The translations under genes and the position numbers were made by a program. 21,851 nucleotides of DNA from Myxococcales bacterium (lineage in GTDB: Bacteria; Myxococcota_A; UBA9042): positions 1 to 21,851 of the forward strand of contig JBBISH010000107.1 of NCBI GenBank assembly GCA_037441385.1. Reading direction: 5' to 3'. The notes beneath the pieces are model-generated. The model saw only the letters and a program-made list of their open reading frames with translations, was not told where the DNA came from and ran no database searches. This document shows, one piece after another, positions 9,701-18,200 of the stretch; position 1 is the first letter of the stretch, and every line of letters begins with the position of its first letter.

Positions 9701-11929
9701 GCAGACGTGCACCTGGTGTCGGGTAACCTGCCAGAAGTCAAGCGAATTGCCGAGGGGCTGCTGGCGGACTCGCGCAAGGCCAAGGACTTCAACAACGAGC
9801 GCATGGGCCTCATGCTCCTGGGCGCCGCGGCGATGCGGCAGGGCGATGCGGCCACGGCGACCGGGCGTTTTGCCGAGGTGTATGCCCTGGGTACGCGCAT
9901 TGGCGACATCTGGGTGCGGGCGCAAGCGCGGCTATTCGAGGGCCGGGCGTGGCTGGACGCGGCTCACGATCCCAAGAAGGCTGAACCGCTGCTCGCGCAG
10001 GCCGTGGAGCTGTATGCCGGGCTGCAGGACCAGTACAACCAGGCGCGCTCGCTGCAAGGCTTGGGCGAGGCACACCGCGAGATGGGCCAGCTGGACAAGG
10101 CACGGGCCGATCTAGAGAAAGCGCTGCAGCTGGCGCGGGCCACCCAAGTGACGGCGCAGGTCACGCGGGTGCTGAGCGAACTGGCCATCGTGCAGATCCG
10201 CCTGAATCAGCCGCAGTTGGCGGTGGCGCTGGCGGCGGAGGCAACGGCGGCGGCCGACAAGTCCGACAATTTGGACGAGCGCTGGCAGGCGCACCACGCG
10301 CTGGCCAAGGCGCTAGACGCCAGCAAGCAACCCGATGTGGCGTATGGTGAATTCGAGCGCGCCGTGGGCGACCTGGTGCAGACCCTGTCGCGGGCGGGCA
10401 GCGACGACGCGGAGCGCAGCGGTGCGATGGGCTATGGCCGCAACCGCAGTGCCTTCGAGGACGCGGTCGACTTCTGTATGCGCACTGGCCGCGTGGAAAA
10501 GGCCTTGGAGTGGCTAGAGTTGAGCCGCGATGCGACCTTGCGAAAAGTGTTTGACAGCAGCAAGCTCAAGTCGAAAAGCGAGGGGACGCAAAAGACCCTG
10601 GATCAGCTGAAGACCGCAGAACAGCAGGCGCAGGCGGCACAAAAGGCCCTGCACGAAGAGCTGGCCAAGCCGGCCGAGCAGCGCAGCCAGGCGCGCGTGG
10701 AAGCGCTGGGCAAGGTGGCCGCCAGCAACGACCGCGAGCTGCGCCAGCTGATGCTGCAGCTCAACGCCAAGAACCCGCGGATGTATCAGGCGTTGTCGAT
10801 CAAGGCCGAGGACATGCGCGAGTTGCAACGATCGCTACCCGAGGGCGCCATCGTGGTGGAGTACTTTGCCGGGGATGATGCGCTGTACATCTTTGTGCTG
10901 GCCAAGGACGCGACCCGGCCGCGCGCGTTCCGCGTGGAAGTGGGCGCGCAAGAGCTGGAGCAGGCGGTGTTTGCCTGGCGGGCGAGCATCCACGCTCGCA
11001 ACCCGCAAGGGGCGCAACGCGGTAAACGGGCAGAGGTTTTTGGCGTGGAGCAGGTTCCTGCCGCGGATCCGGGCGCCAGTCACAACCTGTCGCAGAAGCT
11101 GTACCGCTGGCTGGTGGGGCCAATCGAGAGCGAGCTGAAGCTGGCCAAGACGGCAATGATCGTGCCGTATGGACCGCTGTACTACCTGCCGGTGCACGCG
11201 CTGGAGATCCCAGGCGAAGGTGAGCAAGTGCGCTACGTGCTGGAGCAATACCGGCTGGGCTATCTGTCGGCCGCGACGCGCTTCCGGCTGGCCGATGGCG
11301 AGCGCCACGCGACCAAGTCGCTGCTGGCGTTTGCCAATCCAGACGGGACGTTGCCGGGTGCGCGCAGCGAAATCGAGCGGGTACAGCGCGAGGCGTTCCC
11401 CGATGCCAAGGTCTACTACGAGCGCGATGCGACCAAGGAGCGCTTCTTTGAGCAGGCGGACAAGTTTGCGGTCATCCACTTTGCCACCCACGGCGTGCTA
11501 GCGGCCGACGCGACCGCGAGTCACCTGAAGATGGCCGGCGAGCCGCTGACCGTGTTCGAGATTTCGGGCATGGAAGGGCTGTACGGCAAGACCGATCTGG
11601 TGGTGCTGTCGGCATGCGACACGGCGCTGCAGCTGGGCAAGTCCACGGGCGAAGAGCTGATTTCGGTGGCGGCCGCGTTCTCGATGGCGGGCGCGCCGGC
11701 GCTGGTCGCTTCGCTGTGGGAAGTGGACGACGAGGCGACCAGCGAGCTGATGGCGCAGTTCTACCGCAGCCTGAAGGCGGGCAAGGGCCCGAGCGGTCAG
11801 CCGATCGATACGCTGGATGCTTTGCGCGATGCACAGTTGCACGTTCTCCGGCTGGTGCGCGATGGCCGGCCGGTGTTCCGCAATCCAGAGTACTGGGCGG
11901 CGTTCCAGCTGATCGGCGACTATCGGTAG
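6755..11929 (+). CDS. TPR-repeat CHAT-domain (caspase-like, clan CD) protease, predicted lipoprotein
   Basis: GTG with RBS AAAGGGGG (6742-6749). Hydrophobic stretch plus lipobox-like VMGA-C (Cys34, 6854). Long TPR-like helical region (e.g. AWLALAWLELRGGDLAAAKAAVGKALALDP; ARSLQGLGEAHREMGQLDKARADLEKALQLAR). CHAT motifs IVPYGPLYYLP, VIHFATHG (His at 11489), LVVLSACDT (Cys at 11615), ASLWEVDD and YWAAFQLIGD. Confidence 0.95.
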   Translation: MAAVGREAAVIRRDWLDPLRLAAALGLALVMGACGAPQTQVTVPVPPAGMQVKTQFVGGGHVTQVLAPDRVVISHGRLDGLKADGKALPVFGVRKRPGDNANTELNGDLRLARGQVVELRDRDAVIQLSFQATAVVVGDYVEHAIDVPAGLEDDPVFELAALDIGFRELDRDQLIYDLSDVLQNATPAGREAVLTRMVAEVRAKAELAKEVFRERVEGGRFHAKGLGEAFAATTTEDMFEFLLFARVFPGKYIAHRWKLVEVYATWIINRTPTGTDSLAERKAAVHVRAGNKAAAEGDFAGAEQRWKAALALTPGDSKVKDKLKDLQDIRLWQAALQRDPDDTATRWNLVVTLFRREALNACSAQLDALDQRHYRPDEVLRYRAMILARHEKYAEAAGIFRELHKRAGSGASTVWLRYCEEMARLKTDPNSYAASMALAKVHEDEKLWGDALEKYQLAQERAHNPEEIRAAFQGQIRIGQLRELDKLATWVDDDLAKHSLNMARKRIERVAALCREIGDPLRFGKLLARFAEAAYNAFDERFARELRVRQLNLDPKDAEAWLALAWLELRGGDLAAAKAAVGKALALDPGRHYGHQILGRVALLQGEWAVVESECRLAMADAGYAWPRMTLARALVAQQRWDEAVEQADAAWKLMPEESEIQNQRCAVLEARDAGRDLAAGKNAPRARLRLVRALVDLDLPTAIAAELEKIGKDSPYWAAAREAVAVSTSREMPVELMVKVVQELGGTDEFTAKLRESVLARAELQANPDQPAARLRAAKAMARRGEFHKALATVGEAKAGTPQADLVELALRGNEAEGLVTLAEEAFQRSDPGTAGELLAKARAVFEQIGSERVFAVLRLQAYALVGQSKHKEAMELLRTHLPAARRTQDTSWYVPMELKLADIESFLGNLAARREALERVRAQCAERDQVYCQANMLIDLGDQAMTDGALQRAQELVESGLKLAERSGYLSIVRNGRGTLADVHLVSGNLPEVKRIAEGLLADSRKAKDFNNERMGLMLLGAAAMRQGDAATATGRFAEVYALGTRIGDIWVRAQARLFEGRAWLDAAHDPKKAEPLLAQAVELYAGLQDQYNQARSLQGLGEAHREMGQLDKARADLEKALQLARATQVTAQVTRVLSELAIVQIRLNQPQLAVALAAEATAAADKSDNLDERWQAHHALAKALDASKQPDVAYGEFERAVGDLVQTLSRAGSDDAERSGAMGYGRNRSAFEDAVDFCMRTGRVEKALEWLELSRDATLRKVFDSSKLKSKSEGTQKTLDQLKTAEQQAQAAQKALHEELAKPAEQRSQARVEALGKVAASNDRELRQLMLQLNAKNPRMYQALSIKAEDMRELQRSLPEGAIVVEYFAGDDALYIFVLAKDATRPRAFRVEVGAQELEQAVFAWRASIHARNPQGAQRGKRAEVFGVEQVPAADPGASHNLSQKLYRWLVGPIESELKLAKTAMIVPYGPLYYLPVHALEIPGEGEQVRYVLEQYRLGYLSAATRFRLADGERHATKSLLAFANPDGTLPGARSEIERVQREAFPDAKVYYERDATKERFFEQADKFAVIHFATHGVLAADATASHLKMAGEPLTVFEISGMEGLYGKTDLVVLSACDTALQLGKSTGEELISVAAAFSMAGAPALVASLWEVDDEATSELMAQFYRSLKAGKGPSGQPIDTLDALRDAQLHVLRLVRDGRPVFRNPEYWAAFQLIGDYR

Positions 11930-12296
11930 CGAGCGCGCCGCGGGTCATACGGAATCCGCCTAGTTCAGCTCGCAAACTCCTGCAATTCGTCGGGCCCGAA
12001 CCGGGGTGCTTGATTCGAGCCCCAAGAATTGCCAAAGTCATGGAGCCGGTTCAAGCGGATTTCGCATGATGTCGTCCTGGGTGACCCAAGGGGCTGTGGC
12101 CTTCGTTGAACACGCGCAGAGCGCTGGGCGCCTGTTGGCCCGCTGGCTGCGCCCATGGCGTGCACTCGCAGGGTCTTGGCCCGAGGCAGCTTGGGTCGCT
12201 CGTTCGTCGCGTGCTCGCCTCCCTCGCCAGTGCGGCTCTCGCCAGCGCGGCTCTTCGCGGCCACTGCCCGCGTCGCCAGCGCTGCGGCGGTACGGT

Positions 12297-15200
12297 GTGG
12301 CGCAAGGTGCTGCGGCCGGTCGGTGGATCTTGGTTCTGGCCGCGCTTGCCGTTGGCTGCGACCAGCCCAAAGTCGATACGGCGAAGCTCGTCATTACCCA
12401 AGACGTGACGGACCCAGCGGATGCGAGCGGCGTTGCGGGAGACGCCGCCGTCCCTGACGCACCGGACCAAGGCGACACGCCCTTGGCCGATGCAGCGCCC
12501 GTCTTGTGCAAGTCTGGGGATGATTGCCCAAAAAATCTGCCGGCTTGCTTGCCCGGCGTGGGGCAATGCGTGGAATGCCGCTGGTCCAGTCAGTGCCCCG
12601 GAGCCGGCGCCCGCTGCGTCGACAACCAGTGCCAGCCCGGCTTGCCTTGCACCACCTCCAAGCAGTGCAGCGCCGCCGCCGGCATCTGCGACAAGATCGC
12701 CGGATACTGCGTCGACTGCGCCGACGAGGTGGACTGCAAGCCGGGCCAAAAGTGCCAACTGGGCCAGTGCGTGGCTGCGCCGCCGCCGTGCGCCACCTCC
12801 AAGGACTGCGCGGCCTGGAATCTGGTCTGCGTGCCCGACCTTGGCTGTGTGGACTGCGACAGCGACGCCGATTGCGGCCAAAGTGAGTTCTGCAGCAGCC
12901 ACGCGTGCTTGACCGATGTGTGCCAGCCTGGGCCGCCGTCCTGCAGCGACCAGGATACGGTAGCCACGTGCGCCGCCAACGGCAGCGGCCTGGCCAGCAC
13001 GCCGTGCCCAGACGGCAGCCACTGCCAGTCCGGCGTGTGCAAGCCCGTGATCTGCGACCCGGGCGACGCCAGCTGCCAAGGCAACTTGGCCGTCCTGTGC
13101 GACGAGTCGGGCACGGCCAAGATCGTCGCCGAGAACTGCGGATCGGCCAACAAAGTCTGCGTCAGCGGCACCTGTGTGGACCCGGCCTGTACACCCGGCG
13201 AAACCAAGTGCGATGGCGGGCAGTTGGCCACGTGCGACTTGGCCGGCGTCGCTTGGCAAACCCAGGACTGCCCGGCTGGCACCGTGTGCGACAACGGGGC
13301 GTGCAGCCCGGTCGTGTGCAAGCCCGGGACCAAGGCCTGCGCCGGCAACGTCTTGCAGCAGTGCGCCAGCAACGGCACCGCGATGCTGCCCGTGGCCGAC
13401 TGCGCGGCGAGCGGAGAACTCTGCGTCGTGGACCATTGCACACCCCCGCTCTGCACGCCGGGTGAGACCCAGTGCCAAGCGGGCCAACTGGCCCAATGCG
13501 ACAACGGCGGCATGAGCTTTTCCACCACGGCCTGCCCAGGCGGCACGGTTTGCAGCAAGGGAGCTTGTGTCCAGGTGGTGTGCAAACCCGGCAGCAAGTC
13601 GTGCCAGGGCAACCACTTGCATCAGTGCGATGGGCTTGGGACGGCGAATCCGCTGCTGACCGATTGCGCGACCAATGGTCAAGTTTGCAGCGACGGCGCC
13701 TGTCAGTCGCCGATCTGCACACCGGGCGAGACGCAGTGCGCCGGCGCCAGTCAGTTGGTCTGTCCGGCGCCGGGCTTGGCCTGGGTGGCCCAAGCCTGCC
13801 CGCCCGGAACAGCATGCGGATCGAGCAAGGCATGCGAGCCGATGGTCTGCCAGCCAAGTGCCACGATCTGCGCGGGCGAGACCGTGCTCCATTGCGATGC
13901 CCTTGGCCTCAAGCAGAGCACGCTGCAGGACTGCGCTGCGACCGGCAAGGTGTGCGCCGACGGTGTCTGCCAATCGCCCATCTGCAAGCCCGGCGCCAGC
14001 GAATGTCAGGGGGACGTGCTCGCGACGTGCGTGGGCAAAGGGTTGCAGTGGTCCAAGGTCAGCTGTCCGTATGGCCAAACCTGCGACGTGAACGCGTGCA
14101 TGTTGGTGATCTGCCAGCCCGCGGCGCTCAGTTGCGCAGGCGACAAGCTCAACGCCTGCAACGCCAAGGGCACCGGCTACAACCCGGTCGCCAACTGTGC
14201 TGCAGACGGCCATGTCTGCGAAGCTGGCGCCTGCCAGACCCCCATCTGTGTGCCGGGCGCGACCAAATGTGTGGCCGCTCAGCTGGCGACGTGCAATGCC
14301 AAGGGCCTTGCGTTTGCGATCGGCAACTGCCCCAGTGGCCAGGCCTGCAACCTTGGGGCCTGCAAGCCGATCCTCTGCACGCCCAACGCGCCGACGTGCG
14401 TGGGCGAACAAGTGCAAGTGTGCAACGCTACCGGGACGGCCCTGGATCCTGGCCAAGACTGCGCGGCCGCGGGCAAAGTGTGCGTGGGTGCCCAATGTCT
14501 CCCGGTGGTGTGCAAGAGCGGCGAGGTCAAGTGCATCGATTCGTTCACCTTTTCGACCTGCAACGCCAAGGGTACGGGCACGACCCTGAGTGCCTGCCCC
14601 ACGGGTCAGGCGTGCAGCGGCGGCGCGTGCGTACCCATGGTCTGCACCCCAGGGGCGGTCAGTTGCGCCGGTGCGGGGGTGGCCAAGTGCGCGAGCGACG
14701 GCCTGAGCAGTGTCCAAGTCCAGAACTGCGCGGTAAACGGGCAAGTGTGCAACCAGGGCGCGTGCAAGACGCCCATCTGTACGCCGGGCGCCACCGAGTG
14801 CCAGTCGGGCAGCCTGGCGACCTGCGCCGCGACCGGACTGGCTTGGCTGCAAGCGAGCTGCCCCGCCAACAACACGTGCGTCGCCGGTGCCTGCCTGCCG
14901 CTGATTTGCACGCCCAACGCGGCGGTGTGCGACGGGGCCTTGCTGCGCAAGTGCAACAGCACCGGCACCGCCCAGCCCGTGGTGACCGACTGCGGTGCTG
15001 CCGGTCAACTCTGCAACGCGGGAGCGTGCGCGCCGCAAGTCTGTGTGCCGAACTCGGTCAGCTGCGATGCGAACGGAAATCAGAAGATCTGCGACGCCAA
15101 AGGCCTGTCTTTCTCCGTTGTGGCGTGCGCGACCGGCAGCATTTGTTCGGGGAGCAGTTGCGTTGCCAAGGTCTGCCAGCCCGCGGCGGTAGGCTGCAAC

Positions 15201-18200
15201 GGTAATCTGCGCCAGCAATGCGACAGCCAAGGGCTCAAGTGGCTGACCGTGCAGGACTGTGCCCAAAGCAGTCAGGTCTGCGACGGCGGGGCGTGCAAGT
15301 CGCAGGCCTGCGTTCCCAACACGGCGACCTGCCAAGGCGACCAGCTTGCCCTTTGCGCCAACAACGGCCTGTCCTGGTACGTGACCGATTGCCCAGCCGG
15401 CAAGGTCTGCGACCAAGGCCAGTGCACCCCGGTCGTATGCGCCGCGAACGGCAGTGCGTGCAGTAACTTCAAAGTCATGAAGTGCAACGCGAAAGGCACA
15501 GCCCAGACCGAGGTGGCGGATTGCGCCCTGGCCAAGCAAGCTTGCGTGTCCGGCGCCTGTGTGGCCGCCACCTGCTGGCCGCCGGGGTCCAAAGTGTGCG
15601 CGGGACCGCAGCTGGGCACGTGCAAGGGCGACGCCACCGGCTATGCGGTCACCACGTGCGACGACAACGACGCGTGCACCAACAACACCTGTGATGCGGC
15701 GACCACCCAGTGCGTCTTCCCGGTCATGACGACCTGTACGGACAACGACTTGTGTACCAGCGACGCCTGCGACAAGACCACCGGCAAGTGCGTCTTCACG
15801 CCAGTGACGGGCAGCTGCGATGATGGCGACGCCTGCACCGTGGGCGAGACCTGTGCCACCGGCAAATGTGCCCCCCCGGCGACGTTCTCGATCGCGGCGT
15901 ATGCCGGCAGTAAAACGGGCTTTGCCGATGGGCCTGCTTCGACCGCCCTCTTTAGCTTCGTTGGCGCCGTGGTGCGCGACGTCAACGGCAACCTGTACAT
16001 CAGCGACCAAGCACCGGACCGCATTCGCAAGGTCGACCCAAGCGGCAACGTCAGCACACTGGCCGGAAACGGCTTGCAGGGCTTGGTCGATGGACCTGGC
16101 AATTTGGCCAAGTTCAACATGGTGCAGGGTTTGGCGGTCGACGCGACCGGGACCGTCTACGTCGCCGATCGCTACAACCACCGCATCCGGCGGGTCACGA
16201 GCGATGGCTACGTGACCAGCTTGGCCGGCACGTCGGCGGGGTTCTTGGATGGGCCCGCAAGCTCTGCCCAGTTCAACAACCCCAGTTCGCTGGCCCTTGA
16301 CGCGGCCACGGGCTTCCTTTACGTGACCGACGCGGCCAACAACCGAATTCGCTTGATTAAGCCGACTGGCGTGGTCTCGACTTTGTGCGGCGCCGGCACG
16401 GCCGGGTACAACGACGGGGCATGCTCGTCGGCGCTGTTCTCGAACCCGAACGCGGTTGCGGTGCTGGCCGATGGCAGCGTTGCAGTGGGCGACTCCACGA
16501 ACCGCCGAATCCGCCTGGTCAAAAACGGCGCCGTCACCACGATTGCCGGCAGCGGCGCCGCGGGCTACGTCGACGGTGCAGCCAGTTCTGCCACGTTCCC
16601 CGCCATGTTCAGCCTGGTGCCGGGCCCGGTGGGCGAACTCTACATTTGCGACGGCGGTCGCGTGCGCTTGCTCGCCAACAACACGGTCGCCACCATCGCC
16701 GGCGGCGGCAGCAGCAAGAGCGATGGTCCAGCCACCAGCTTCGCGCTCGCGGCGCCGGTGACGCTGGCCTTGGGGCCCAATCGCTCGCTGTTTCTGGGCG
16801 ATGGCCCGGTCTTGCGCAAGCTGGTTCCGTCCGGCGGCCTGCAGTGCGACGACCTCAATCCCTGCACCGCCGATGCCTGCAACGCCACGAGCGGGAGCTG
16901 CACTTTCTCCCCCGCCTTGGCCGGCGCGGTCTGCAACGACGGCAACGCGTGCACGGCCACTTCGAGCTGCGACGGCAAGGGCGCCTGCGGCGGCCCAGCC
17001 AAAAACTGCGACGACGCGAATACATGCACGTTCGACGTATGCGACGCCCTGTCTGGGGCTTGCGACAACCACCCGATCGACGCGGCCTGCACAGACGGCA
17101 CTGCGTGCACTCAGGTCGACACGTGCTTGGCCGGCAAATGCGTGGTCGATCAGCTCAGTCTGACGACCGTGGCCGGCAGCATCTCTGGCGCGGCCGACGG
17201 TGCCGGGTCGGCAGCCAAGCTGGGCACGTCGTGGGGCATGGCGGTCCAGGCCGATGGCAGCGTGGTCTTTACCGATTTTGACTACAACACGATCCGGCAG
17301 ATGACGCCGGCCGGCAGCGTCACGACCGTGGCGGGCATCGCCAATCAAGCCGGCTACCAAGATGGCGCCGCCGCATCGGCCAAGTTCAATCACCCCGCTG
17401 GCCTGGCCATTGATGGTCAAGGTCGCTATGTCGTAGCCGATTCGCTCGGCAACCGCATCCGCCTGGTCGATCCCAAGAGCTGGCAGGTGACGACCATCGC
17501 CGGCTCGGGGACGTCGGGCTACGTCGACGGTGCCGCTTCCAGTGCAGGTTTTAGCAGCCCGCGCGCCGTGGCCATCGACTCGGCCGGCGCCATCTACGTT
17601 TTTGATGCCTCGAATGTGCGCGTGCGCAAGATCGCGGCCGGCGTGGTGAGCACGGTTGCCGGCACCGGCAAGGTTGGCAAGCAAGATGGCGCGGCCAGTT
17701 CGGCAACGTTTGGCGTGGCGATTTGGCAAATGGCCTTCGGCGCGGACGGCAGCCTGTATCTGGCCGATTCGGCAAACCATTCGATCCGCAAGTTGGCGGG
17801 CGACCAAGTGACGACGGTGGTAGGGGCATCGGCCGGATTCGCCGACGGGCCCTTGGCTGTGGCGCGCTTGTCCGGGCCCACCGGCTTGGCCGCCAACCCA
17901 GCTGGCGAACTGTTTGTGGGGGACACCGGCAACTACCGCTTGCGGCATCTGTTCTTGGGCGACTCGATGTTCACCGAGAGCGGCAACGGTGGCGTCAGCA
18001 GCGTAGACGGTCTGGGCTCTGCCGGCAGCTATACCTCGCCCACCGTGGTGGCGACCGCGGCCAATGGCATCGTCTATGTCGCGGATCAGTTCAAGATCCG
18101 CCGGTCCACGGCCGCAGCGGTCGACTGCAACGACGGCAAGCCGTGCACGGCCGACGCCTGCGACCCCGCGACGGGCGGCTGCAGCCACGTGCCAATCGGC

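Noticed and set aside
6755..11929. Possible CRISPR-associated Csx29/Craspase component
   Set aside because: No cas genes or repeat-spacer array in the window, and the protein has an export signal.
12006..12296. 97-aa N-terminal extension of the giant ORF as real coding sequence
   Set aside because: Not excluded, but it is Arg/Ser/Trp-rich and would place the lipobox Cys at residue 118; a downstream start is more plausible.
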